NCBI GenBank assembly: GCA_951406725.2
Contig: OX597831.1
Span: forward strand, 24,924,001-24,988,000
DNA from: Octopus vulgaris
Taxonomy: Eukaryota
Length of the DNA: 64,000 nucleotides
Reading direction: 5' to 3'
The notes under the pieces were generated by a model. That model was not told where the DNA came from and did no database searches. It saw only the letters and a program-made list of their open reading frames with translations. The position numbers were made by a program, and so were the translations under genes. Positions 14,141 through 26,679 of this stretch are shown one piece after another. Numbering within the stretch: the stretch's first letter is position 1; every line of letters begins with the position of its first letter.

Positions 14141-14353
14141 GGGTGAGGGCTGAAAAGGTCCTGGCTTTAAGGGTATCATGAAAGGTCTGCTTGGAGACCC
14201 ACCCTTCCAAGTTCTTTTACAGGGCTTAGAAAAACTGAAGGACCAATGCCATTGGTGTGTGAATCTGAGAGGGGAATAAGTTGAATAAAATCATAATTAA
14301 CTGATTTTGTTATATTTTTCTTTATCCAAAGCCAGGAAATTTTCAGCACTCCC
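14141..14353 (+). mobile_element. Short mariner-derived MITE (partial second copy ~9693-9815)
   Basis: Inverted termini gctgaaaaggtcctggcttt / aaagccaggaaattttcagc; interior resembles a decayed mariner C-terminal end (GLEKL..C VNLRGE). Confidence 0.65.
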
Positions 14354-14610
14354 TAAAAATTAGGTATGTGGAAAAGGAAAATAGAAATAGAGGGTGAGAG
14401 AGAAGGTGAGAAATAGAATGAAGAAGAGGACGAAAGAGAGAGACACACACAGTGAGAAAGAGAGGAAGGGAGAGACAGAGAGACAGGTAGACTAACCTGT
14501 AGTTTTCAATAATTCCACCTCATCATTTTAAGGACATTTATTTAAGCACAAATCAGTTAAAAATTATATTTAATATTTGTATATCTCCACTGATTAATAA
14601 AGATAATATG

Positions 14611-14850
14611 TTTCTTTATTAGCCATAAAGGGCTGAACACAGACGGAACAAATTACAAAGTAGAGCTTTTCTTTTTGAGGAGAAAAAGTGGGGTAGGTTT
14701 ATGGTCAAAAGGGATCATAAAAAGGAAAAAGAAAAGAAAAAAAAGAAAAGAAAAAAACGATCAATAGGGATCGTGTATCACAAAAATGTCATGATGTAAA
14801 GTGTAAAGAGGGAAGCAGATAAGGTTTATCCATGGAAGGAAAAGCCTGTG
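14611..14850 (-). mobile_element. 3' end of a LINE-like element (second copy 38468-38715)
   Basis: The two copies align from tttctttatt onward. The reverse complement ends ...ccaataaagaaa, like the family A SINE tail. Confidence 0.6.
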
Positions 14851-14873
14851 TCAGGTGCCCCAATAATTATTAG

Positions 14874-15095
14874 CCCTTTCATTATCGTATTTATTTTGAG
14901 ATGTTCTGTGTTTCTTTCAATTAATTTTAAATATAACAAAGAATTTAGTAAAATAACTTTGTTATCATTAAGCTAGTGTTAGGAACATAAATTGTTACTA
15001 AGGTTTGGTGGAAGATTTTAATTCAAAACTTATGAAAACAAGACATTTGTATTTCAGAGCCAGAGCTGTTTTCAGCTGGGTTGATATCGACAGGG
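14874..15095. mobile_element. TTAA MITE family 1
   Basis: ccctttc...caggg|TTAA; aligns with 12044-12263 in reverse orientation. Confidence 0.82.
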
Positions 15096-15209
15096 TTAAA
15101 GGCTTTATGATGTCCCCTATTATTGTTTATATGGGCCTTAGATGTGTATGCTAAAAGGCATTCTAGCCATGACTATTATGTCTTTTCAGGCCTTGTATCT
15201 TTGATCTTT

Positions 15210-15592
15210 TTATCTTTTACTTATTTTGGTCACTAAACTATGGCCATGCTGGGGCACTGCCTTGAAGAATTTTTAGTGAAATGAATCAACCCGAATGCTT
15301 ATTTCTTTTTAAGCCTGGTACTTATTCTATCAGTTTCTCTTGTTGAACTGCAAAGTTACAGGGACATAAACCCACCAACACTGGCTGTCAAGCAGTAGTG
15401 GGGGGACAAATACACACACACATAAACACACACATACACACACAACAGGCTTCCTTCAGTTTCCGTCAACCAGATCTTTTCACAAGGCTTTGGCCAGCCT
15501 TAGTAGAAGACATTTGCCCAAGCTACTATGCAGTGGAACTGAACCCAGAACCATGTGGTTGGAAAGCAAGCTTCCTACCATACAGCCACACT
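15210..15592 (-). mobile_element. SINE family B, diverged
   Basis: Reverse complement of the family B consensus seen at 62566-62961. Confidence 0.75.
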
Positions 15593-17073
15593 TGTGCTTT
15601 GTATATCTAAGGTTACATTATCTAATCTATCCTGGTCTTTTAAAAACAGCAGTGTGCAATTTGAGGATAATTTGGCTGATATTTCTAACACATAGAAGAA
15701 CTATGTAGAGACTTTTTTAATTGGTAAATGGTATTGATGGAATTGATATTTCATAATTGGCCGCTTCATTTTACATTCTGAGTTGCTTCAGATGCTGCCA
15801 AAGTTGACTTTTATATTTCCAGGGTCTCTAAAATAAGTAAGTGTTCTGCAAGTAGTGTTAGCTTGTCTGTTAAATCAACAGTAACCTCAAAGGTAGTGTT
15901 CTAACATTGCCAAAGTCCAAAACTTGTAAAAGAATGAAAGAATATATCTGGAATGAAGCCTACAACCAGAAACAATGGACAAGAGATTTCAAGACCGATA
16001 AGTTGCCTTTAGCAGAGATCTAATTTTAACATTTGAAAGAGAATTGTAGAACAAGAATGCCAAAGACTACCTAAAATAAAATTCCTTCAAATATATATGT
16101 TAGAGACTCAACCAAAAATTCTTTAGTTTCATAGTAAAAATTATATCAGTTTTTCTGTAATATTTTATATCAATTCCAAAAGCACTTTTGCAATTTATTT
16201 TATGAATAAATACTTGATTACTGATAGTTATAAAAGAAAAGTGTTCTGTCTTTCTTTCTCTGTCTCTCCCTCTCTCTCCCCTTTCTCTCTTTCTCACATA
16301 CACATGAAACGAATAATCAAAATACGAGCCAATGCGAGAACCTTTTCATGGTCACTTAGCCTGCTGGAAATAGCACTAAAATCACATTCTATCATCTTAG
16401 AAGAGAAGGATACAGCAAATAATATGATGTTCGGAAAATTACGAGATGATCATTGTGAGAACAATCATAGGTTTGCTCAAACAGGTCTGACCTGGGGCTA
16501 AACAACAACAAGAGCCATATTTTTCAGTTTCACAACAAAGAAAATTGTAGAAGTTTCTCTTCAATATTATAAATTGATTTTCAAGGCAGTGGGCTGGAAG
16601 AATCGTTAGAGCATCGTGCAAAACAACTTTTAATATTTAGTTACAAACCCTTTGTTCTGAGTTCAAATCCTGTCGAGGTCAACTTTGGCTTTCATCCTTC
16701 TGGGATCAATAAAATAAAATATCAATCACGTACACAGGTTGATTGAATCGACTAACCCACTCCACTACCATTCCATCTCCCAATATTAGAAATCAATATT
16801 ATATATTGATTCAATAACTCTTTTGCACTTTATTTCATGAACAAATACCTGAGCAAAGATAGTTAAGAACAAACATTTACACTCTCACACACAAATATAC
16901 GACACTGTAAGTAATACTAATGTAAACAGCAATATACACCTTTCGTCTTTAACTTGTTTCAGTCATTAGACTGCAGCCATGCTGGGGTACTGCCTTGAAG
17001 AATTTTAGTCAGACAAATAGAACCCAGTGCTTACTTTTTCTGAATGAAGTATAAACAGTAGCTGCATGACAAT

Positions 17074-17589
17074 GTGAAGTATATTTGCCACTTAAAGGCG
17101 AGCTGGCAGAAACATTAGCATGCTGGGTGAAATGCTTAGTGGTATTTCATCTGCTGTTACATCCTGAGTTCAGATTCCGCCAAGGTCGACTTTGCCTTTC
17201 ATTCTTTCGGGGTCGATAAACAAAGTACCAGTTACGCACTGGGGTCGATGTAACCGACTTAATCCCTTGTCTGTCCTTGTTTGTCCCCTTTATGTTTAGC
17301 TCCTTGTGGGCAATAAAGAAAAATATATATTTGCCACTTAAATATGGCTAACCACTAAGGGTGGATGCTACTGAAGCTTGTAGCCCCAGGAGAACACCTT
17401 CTCTAGCTGGTTATTGATACACTTTCTGTGCCCTATAAGTATTTGCACTTTATTTTTTTTTTGCAAATACTGATAGGGCACAGAAAGTGTGTGAATAGCC
17501 AGCTGGAGGAGATGTCCTCCTGGGACTACAAGCTACAGTAGCATCCACCATTAGTGGTTAGCCACATTTAAGTGGTAAATATACTTCAC
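17074..17589. mobile_element. Palindromic (foldback) MITE, ~130-bp arms, interrupted by a family A SINE
   Basis: 17326-17447 is the reverse complement of 17460-17585. The outer end gtgaagtatattt (17074) pairs with aaatatacttcac (17589). Confidence 0.85.
17097..17325 (+). mobile_element. SINE family A
   Basis: 17-bp TSD tatatttgccacttaaa (17080-17096 / 17326-17342). Confidence 0.9.
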
Positions 17590-18352
17590 TTATTTTTTTC
17601 TATTTCTTGGAAAGACAGGTACTTATTCTATCAGTCACTTTTGCCAAACCACTCATCTACAGGGACATAAACACACCAACACTAGTTCTCAAGTGGCAGT
17701 GGATGACAAACACAGTCACAAACACAAACAAATTCATCATATATACCATAGGCTTCTTTCAGTTTCTGACCACCAAATCCACTCACAAGGCTTTGGTAGC
17801 CTCAAGGCTATAGAAGAACACACTTATTCAAGGTGCCACACAGTCACAGCAGCAGAAATACACGCAGGTCATTATAATATGCTCTTTTACTCTTTTCAGT
17901 CATTTGACTGTGGCCATACTGGAGCACTGCTTTTAGTCGAGCAAATCAACCCAGGACTTATTCAAGTGGCGGTGGGTGACAAACACAGTCACAAACACAA
18001 AAAATTTATCATAGGCTTCTTTCAGTTTCTGACTACCAAATCCACTCACAAGGCTTTGGTAGCCTCAAGGCTATAGAAGAACACACTTACTCAAGGTGCC
18101 ACACAGTAGGATTGAACCTGGAGTGATGTAACTGGGAGGTAAACTTCTTACCACCCAGCTATGTTTGCACATATATAACCATAAATCGGTTTGAAAATTT
18201 AACACAAAGTCAGTTAATGATTTGCAACTATGATATTACTAGAATTCCACTTAACCATTCTGGATGTTTATATTTAATAAGAAATGTGAACAGAAAACTT
18301 ATAGAATTGCGACTGGATTAAATTAGAGTAAATATAAGACAAAACGAAATGG

Positions 18353-18417
<65 letters not shown>

Positions 18418-19016
18418 ATGTGTGTGGTGCCATTAAGATTCACCATTGAAGTGTCTCAGACAAATATAATAATAAATATAAATAATAATTAAAATGGGAT
18501 AAAACAATAAAACTAATAGGAAATAGTTTTAAAGCAATTCCGTTTTTCTTTGCTATCTGACAAATAAAAACATGAATTTATTTCATCTGTGTATTTGTAT
18601 GTATATATAAAAAATTGTGTAATGTGATGCGTGCGTTTTGTTTGTGTGTGTAAGTTTGAGCACCCATGTGTGTGCATGTGGTTAAGTTTGTGTGTGAGTG
18701 CATGTAATCATAAACATGTGTATATAAACTTTGCACATATGTATGTGTATATATGTGTGAGTGTGTGTATATATATATATATATATGAATATGTACATAT
18801 GGATTATATATGCATGTGTCTATGTGTATATATATGTATGTATGTGTATAAATATATATAAACATACATTTACCTTTATGGATATATATATACACGTGTA
18901 AATATATATATATACGGACATATGGATATATGTATATATATATGTGGATATACATTTATATACAAGGGTATGTATATGTATATATATATATAAGGATATA
19001 TATATATGGGTATATA

Positions 19017-19089
<73 letters not shown>

Positions 19090-19379
19090 GTGTGTGTATA
19101 TAGATAGATAGATATACACATATACACACTTAACTCCATACATATAAACATACATCACAGAAATTGTCAATTTCCTCACTAGACTTGAGATTGTTCAATG
19201 AATTTTCCATTTTCATAGACACAGTCAAGTATTTCTACTTTATTATTTCTGAAAGTTATTCGTAATTCTTCTTTATTTATTGTTCTATTCCTGTTATTTC
19301 AATATACCATTTATATATATTATCTTATGTGTGTGTGTGTGTGTGTGTGTTTAAATATCTGTGTGTATGTGTATATGTA

Positions 19380-19768
19380 TACTCTTTTACTCTTTACTCT
19401 TTTACTTGTTTCAATCATTTGACTGCGGCCATGCTGGAGCACCGCCTTTTAGTCGAGCAAATCAACCCCGGGACTTATTCTTTGTAAGCCCAGTACTTAT
19501 TCTCTCGGTCTCTTTTGCCGAACCGCTAAGTGACAGGGACGTAAACACACCAGCATCGGTTGTCAAGCAATGCTAGAGGGACAAACACAGACACACATAC
19601 ATACACATATATATATATATACGACAGGCTTCTTTCAGTTTCCGTCTACCAAATCCACTCACAAGGCATTGGTTGGCCCAGGGCTATAGCAGAAGACACT
19701 TGCCCAAGATGCCACGCAGTGGGTCTGAACCCGGAACCATGTGGTTGGTTAGCAAGCTACTTACCATA
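19380..19768 (-). mobile_element. SINE family B, near full length
   Basis: tRNA-like head, ccttgggcaagtg CORE-like segment, internal (AT/GT)n, (gtaaaaga)n tail, all in reverse complement. Confidence 0.88.
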
Positions 19769-20102
19769 CAATATATATATATATATATATATATATGACA
19801 AATTTAATGAATTTCTGTGTTGTTGATAACTGCTTGTATCTCTTTATATGACATTGGTTGGTTTCGTAAAAATTGATCCTCTCAAATATTCAATGATTAT
19901 TTGTGCCTGGGTTTGGGGAGAGAAGTGAGCAAGAAATGTGCTACATACATACAAGCATGTGTGCATACGTATACCATGCATTGCATATATGTTAGTGTAT
20001 TTACATATCTCACACACACACACACGCGCGCACGACCACGTGTGTACCGTTGGTGATTTTTTTTCCTCCGTTTTCCCTTCTCTGGATCTTTCCTTTTCCT
20101 AT

Positions 20103-20137
20103 GTTTCTGACGAAGAGCTCCTCTCGAAACGTAAAAC
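20103..20137 (+). ncRNA. Minimal type I hammerhead ribozyme motif in a Penelope-type remnant (~20030-20240)
   Basis: gttt-CTGACGA-a-gag(ctcct)ctc-GAAA-cg-TA-aaac: intact core, stem I gttt/aaac, palindromic ACGT stem III. Confidence 0.65.
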
Positions 20138-20242
20138 CCTCCTTCTTCCCGTCCTTCCTGAGCGTCCAATAATACTATATTTGTTCCACATCCTCGCGTC
20201 GTTGTGTTTTCTCTTTGTGTTTTCATGTTTGGATTAACTTTA

Positions 20243-20279
<37 letters not shown>

Positions 20280-20356
20280 TAGCATTTGTGTGTGTATGAA
20301 ACATGTGTAGCCCAGATATTATCTACTCCATTCCTTAATTCTTGAATTTTACTTAC

Positions 20357-20374
20357 AAGTCTCCTGGCTGCCTA
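20357..20374 (-). CDS. Predicted 18-nt microexon (phase 1-1; V-GSQET-C)
   Basis: attttatatttcacag|TAGGCAGCCAGGAGACTT|gtaagt; strong sites around a GC-rich island; frame-preserving; NAGNAG acceptor. Confidence 0.6.
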
Positions 20375-20546
20375 CTGTGAAATATAAAATAATTTTTTTT
20401 CACCTTACAATAATTTGATATGAAAGAAATCCGCAACCTTCCACCTCTATAAACCGCTATTGTTCCTGAAAGTTATTTTATTATATTTTCTACGATTTAC
20501 TTGAAAATATCCTTCTTCCTATACCTTGATCCTTCGATGTTACTTT

Positions 20547-20603
<57 letters not shown>

Positions 20604-21444
20604 TCATCGTTTGTGGTATTTCAGCTGCTCAGTCAAGTGAACTACCTCTGTTTTGAGAAGTGACTGAATATCATTATTATTATGTATATGTACACACACA
20701 CACACACACACACATAACATTTGACTCACAATACATATGCTATTCTACTTCCAATATAAGTCTGTTCACCTTTGCCACTGGTCTCCTCTAACAGTGGCAA
20801 GATTAGCAACTTCAGTGGATCTAATATTGCATCTGATGAGATTTCCATCCACTTCGGGAATAAATTTTTGCAAAGCTTCTGTAACACATTAAAGACTACT
20901 TAGATTGCTCATTGCCATTCAAAAGAATGATTGTTGCTATATTCAGACATCATGAAGCTCCAGCAACACTACGAGGCCATATAGCTAATTTGGGGGATTT
21001 AGAAGACTGACCAGTAACATATTCCATCTTCCAAATGCTCTTTTGACACAATTAAGCTGTGTAGATCGATTTTTCTTTCTTTTTTTTTTCCGCACATGAT
21101 TCAAATATTTGGGCTGTGATATATTTATATTCTCACAGCATGTCTAACATTCTCAGTCAAAATTAAACTTTCTGACCATAAAATGGTATTGTCTAGGCAA
21201 GTCTGCAATCTTTCAATTAATCATTCATTAGCTTTACAGTATACAATCCTCACAAAATCTCTTATATCAATGAAAAAAAAAAGTTTTCTGTGGTGAGGAC
21301 ATGAGACTATCACATTGCAATAAAGATTAGAGGTTATCCTCCCTAATTAAATGAACAGAAAAATACAGAATTCATTGTTTTTTCAGACATATATGTGATA
21401 TATAAAAATATATATGATATAATAGTCAGATACATATGAAAAAT

Positions 21445-21705
21445 CATCATCGTCATCATCGTTTAATGTCCGCTTTCCATGCTAGCATGGGTTGGACGAT
21501 TTGACAGAGGTCTGGCAAACCTGATGGCTGCACCAGACTCCAATCTGATCTGGCAGAGTTTCTACATCTAGATGCCCTTCCTAATGCCAACCACTCCGAG
21601 AATGTAGTGGGTGCTTTTATGTGCCACCAGCACGAGGGCCAGTTAGGTGGTACTAGCAACAGCCACGCTCAAATGGTGCATTTTATGTGCCACCTGCACA
21701 AGAGC
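21445..21705 (-). mobile_element. Family D element ((GAT)n tail; aggaagggcatccagc motif)
   Basis: Reverse complement of 28400-28602 and 49400-49573. Confidence 0.8.
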
Positions 21706-21799
21706 TAGTGAAAAATATAAAATCATATATCAGATATTATATATATATATATCATTTGTTGAAAACATAAATCCGAAGAACTACACTGTTGTAGAGCAG

Positions 21800-21831
<32 letters not shown>

Positions 21832-23215
21832 GGGAAGGTTTACAAAAATAAACAAAAGACGAAGGCAGGTGGAGTACAAACAAACAAATGTATTAGTATG
21901 GCGCTCAGGAATAGAAACAGAACAAGTCTTTTACATTTCGAGCCTACGCTCTTTGACAGAGAGATACACAGAAAAGAAACAAGGAGGGAAACAAGGAAGG
22001 TAAAAATTCATGTAGGAGCTAACGGTCTATCATGGCATTATATATATATATATTTGTATATATGTATATATATATATATAAACATAGAGAGAGAGGGAAG
22101 GAGAAATAGGAAGGTAGATATTTAGGTAGGTATATGTGTGTGCGTCAGATATCATTATCACCATCGTTATTTTAACTTCCACTCCCCAATACTTGCATGG
22201 GTCGGATGGAATTGGTTGAGGCAGATTTCGTATGGGCAGATGCCATTCTGTTAGCAGCCTCCACCTGTTTCAAAGCAGGTTAATATTTCCAGGCATAATT
22301 TCACAGGAATAAGAAATGAAAGATACACCTGTATGACAGGAATGCAGATTTACACCTATCATGTGATGTCAAGACAGTGAGACACAAGTACAGACATTTG
22401 CATGCATTCACATACATACAGGGGACTTCTTTGAATTTCTGTCTACCAAATTCACTCACAAGGTTTTGCTCAGCCTCGTAAAAGAAACTTGCTCAAGGTG
22501 CCATGCAGTTGGACTGAACTTGAAACCACATGGTTAGAAACTGAACATCTTAACCAGTTGCTTAAATCTATAGTATGAATGAAACAAATTATGAGTTAGT
22601 ATTTCAGTGGTTCACTTACTTGACCATTCTACCTCTTCTCTAAAAATAATAGAAAAAAAACCCCCATAAACATCATGTTTAATAACTGATACAGCATCAG
22701 TTATGATGATGAGGGTTCCAGTTGAAATTAACATGCAAGTGGCTGAGTATTCCACAGACATATATACCCTTTACATAGTTCTCTAGGAGATTCAGAATGA
22801 CGCAGAGTGTGACAACTCATTTTTGCCAGATGAGTGCACTGGAGCAATGTGAAATAAAGAGTCTTGCTCAAGGACACAACATGCTGCCAGAAATTGAACT
22901 CACAACCTTATGATCATGAGCTGTATACATTAACTACTAGGCCACATGCCTTCACATTCATGTTTTACTACAGTAAGAATCTACAGCAAGTCGCCCTTAT
23001 TAAACTTAGTTTGAATTCAGTTCTATATTTAAGAGATGAGGAATTATTTACATTATTTACATTTGACAGATATTTGTCCTCATTTTGTTTGTTCTTAACA
23101 CAATGTTTCAGCTGATATACCCTCCACCCTTCATATGCCCACAGGCATATGGTGTAGGGGTTAAAAGTGCAGGCTACTAACCCCAAGATTTCAAGCTCAA
23201 TTCCAAGCAGTGACA

Positions 23216-23296
<81 letters not shown>

Positions 23297-23546
23297 GTAA
23301 TAATGATAATAACAACAACATCAAAGAATACCTTAGGAATGAGAACCCACGTTTGAAATTTCCCCAAGGTGCCTGAAATCTGTCAAATGTAAATAATGTA
23401 AATAATGTTAGTTTGAATTGTATGGTTATATTTTCATGTTATAGTGTATGAAACACATGGAATCATTTTGAGGAATTTGTTTGTAGTATATGTTGTCATT
23501 TTCAAAATAAATTGTTTATCCGTGAATATCTCTAGTAAACACTCAC

Positions 23547-23571
23547 CCCTCTCGCTGATATAAGGTTCTGG
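23547..23571 (-). CDS. Predicted 25-nt microexon (phase 0-1; PEPYISER) or the 3' end of an alternative first exon
   Basis: tttaatatttcag|CCAGAACCTTATATCAGCGAGAGGG|gtgagt; consensus donor; converts phase 0 to phase 1 as the chain requires. Confidence 0.55.
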
Positions 23572-23760
23572 CTGAAATATTAAATTTCGCTTTTCCTCAC
23601 AGCATACAATTTATTTATTTCACAGTTTGAAGTTTTTTGTAGTACTGCTTGCAAACGCAGCCCATCACAAGACTTGTGGGTAGGATTCCACTGTTTTTGC
23701 AGAATCATTTAGTTCATTAAGCAAAAACTGCTGCTTCCATGAATTATTTCCCTTAGATGT

Positions 23761-23772
23761 TATGACGTCATA
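23761..23772. promoter_or_regulatory. Perfect CRE/ATF palindrome (TATGACGTCATA)
   Basis: TGACGTCA at 23763-23770 in non-repeat sequence about 190 nt upstream (minus sense) of the 25-nt exon. Confidence 0.35.
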
Positions 23773-23833
23773 CTCCCTTTGCGCTGCAAGTTTGCTCAGT
23801 GGCAACAAATATCAAAAACCCAACATATCAGGT

Positions 23834-23865
<32 letters not shown>

Positions 23866-24276
23866 TATTAGTATGTGTGTGTGTTGATTACAGTTTACAG
23901 TTTTTGACAAGTGAAGCGGATAATGCCAATATGATTCGATGATTTCCAACTGAGATGTTTCTTTGTTCACCAATCCTGTGATTCCATAACAAACATTTCA
24001 ACATGATAAATGTTCCTTTCATGTTTGGCAATAAAACATAAGACAAGAGTGGAGGGGGGAAAAAAAGCCATCTCTAGATATTTCTATTTTGTTTATTCTA
24101 TTATTTCTCAACTCTTTGATTAGTATTATAATATAAACATTTAACAGAGATTATCAGCAATTTAATTTTATATATTATTCAACTGAGATTATAAAATGTC
24201 CAAAATTATATACTGTGTTTAATTAACATTAATCAAAACATCAAAAAATCATACCTGAGCACTGTATACAATAATT

Positions 24277-24317
<41 letters not shown>

Positions 24318-24655
24318 GAATGAGAGAGCAGTTCATGCCATCAAAGTGACACTGGGGTAAAATATACGAAGCCCAATATACCCATCATGACTACCCGTCT
24401 GATAAGGGTACACCAGGCACATGCATCACAACCATATGTGCGCGACATGGTGATCTCATATCAAGATAAACAGCACATGACCTTGCAGGTGGGGCCCAGT
24501 TAGAATTTTCTTCAGGTTGAGTAGCCCATCCTGCTCAAACGGTCCCTGAATAAGGGTTGTTTAAGGATGTTGAAAAAACCACCCATGTTTCCAGAGGTGA
24601 ATTATTCAAACCCCAAAGAATCCCTCTCAACACATGGCTATGGTGCTCCCCCACA
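24318..24655. mobile_element. Unclassified interspersed-repeat-like insert between (ATT)n tracts
   Basis: GC-richer block bounded on both sides by (ATT)n; single copy in the window, so the class is inferred. Confidence 0.45.
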
Positions 24656-24656
24656 A

Positions 24657-24730
<74 letters not shown>

Positions 24731-25752
24731 CATTATAATTATTATATAATTTACCAAATTGAGATTATCATAAAGCTTAATTATTAACTTGTATGTTGTG
24801 CTCTGAATTGACCCATGAGGCACTTCCCAAAATAAGAAGCATCTATACAGGGCTATGCATAACCCTGCACACAAAACCTCAGATGATCATAATGTACCAA
24901 AGACAAATAGTTTCTCTTAGTTCTTACATCAATCTACAACCATGGAGTCAGTGTAGGCACATTTAGCCATACTAATTTCACTCTTCTTTCATAAAATTTA
25001 CTAAAATGCAATACAGCAATGTTTTGTCTAGCCTCAAAGAGTAAAGGATAATGATCCCTTTCAGCCATGAACGATCATGGGATGATTGCACCTACAAACT
25101 TCCCCTCCAAGGCACAAGTCCAGGCAAAGTTGTTTATGGAAGACCAGCAGTCACGCACTCCACCAAGGTTATCCAAGGCAAGGGAAAGGCCAATACAGCT
25201 TGGCACCTGTGATATTGCAACTCATTTCTACAGCTGAGTGAACTGGAGCAACATGAAATAAAGTGACTTGCTCAAGAACACAACACAGCCTACTCTGGGA
25301 TTTGAACTCACTACCTCATGGTTGTGAGCCCAATGCTCTAACCACTGAGCAATGTGCCTTCACCTTGCTTTTTAAAGATAAAAGCAAAGTTGAAATCAGC
25401 AAAATTTGTACTCAGATAAAAGCAACGGATGAAATACCGCTAAGCATTTCATCCAGTGTACAAACGATTCCACCAGCTCACAGCCTTATTACTACAAATA
25501 ATAATAATAATAAGCCTTTATACTAAAGGCACATGGCCTGAAATTTTGGAGTGGGCTCGAGTCGACTGTATCAACTCCCAGTGTTCAGCAGGTACATAAT
25601 ATATCAAACCCAAAAGGATGAAAGGCAAAGTCAACCTTAGTGGAATTCGAACTCAGAACGTAAAGGTGGATGAAATGCCAGCATGCTAACCACCACTTAG
25701 CATTTTGTCCAGCTTACCACCCTAACATAATAATAATAATAATAATAATAAT

Positions 25753-25969
25753 TCTTTTATTCTTTTACTTGTTTCAATCATTTGACTGTGGCCATACTGG
25801 AGCACCGCCTTTAGTCAAGCAAATTGATACCAGGACTTACTCTTTGGAAGCCTAGTACTTATTCTATCAGTCTCTTTTGCCAAACTGCTAAGTTACGGGG
25901 ACGTAAACACACCTGCATTGGTTGTCAAGCGATGTTGGGGAGACAAACACAAACACACACACAGATATA

Positions 25970-26014
<45 letters not shown>

Positions 26015-26168
26015 GATGGGCTTCTTTCAGTTTCTGTCTACCAAATCCACTCACAAGACTTTGGTCCGCCCAAGAATATAGTAGAAGACACTTGCCCAAG
26101 GTGCCATGCAGTGGGACTGAACCCGGAACCATGTGGTTCGTAAACAAACTACTTTACCACCCAGCCAC
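25753..26168 (-). mobile_element. SINE family B
   Basis: Aligns end to end with the family B consensus (reverse complement). Confidence 0.88.
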
Positions 26169-26372
26169 TTGTGAGAAATTTTAAAAGTGGCGTTGGGGTT
26201 AATTAATGGCAAAAAAACCGGTACCTTATTTTACTGACCCTGAAAGGATTAAAAAGGAAACTAAAACTAGTTGGATTTCAACTCAGAATATAAAAAAACT
26301 GAATGAAACAAATACAGTAAAGCATTTTTCTTTCTTTTTTTTTTTTTTGTTTCCTAATAATAATAATGGTAC

Positions 26373-26396
26373 CTCAGATACGGTGAGGTTAACAGT
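26373..26396 (-). CDS. Predicted 24-nt microexon (phase 0-0; TVNLTVSE)
   Basis: aataatgtgatttccag|ACTGTTAACCTCACCGTATCTGAG|gtacca; frame-preserving and open in phase 0; donor only moderate. Confidence 0.45.
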
Positions 26397-26613
26397 CTGG
26401 AAATCACATTATTTATAGTAATAACCACTGACCTTAGAAATATAAGTTTAATATCGACATATTGAAACTAATTGACAGTTACTTTAATATTTGTCATTTC
26501 AGCTCCATCACATTCAGGTAAATACAGAGAGAAAAATTAAAATAAATAGGGTGATACATACATACATACATACATACATACATACATACATACATACATA
26601 CATACATACATAC

Positions 26614-26644
<31 letters not shown>

Positions 26645-26679
26645 CATACATACAAGCAAACCTACATGCATACATGAAA

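Noticed and set aside
19361-19826. Recurrent peptides such as QSFDCGHAGAPP and RLPNPLTRLW suggesting a gene family
   Set aside because: They are translations of SINE B copies.
20750-21130. Decayed LINE RT C-terminal fragment (SGSNIASD, FKYLGC)
   Set aside because: The motifs are too short and disrupted to support without a profile search.
24254-24260. 7-nt microexon TGCTCAG
   Set aside because: It is frame-shifting and appears to lie in the end of an (ATT)n-associated repeat.
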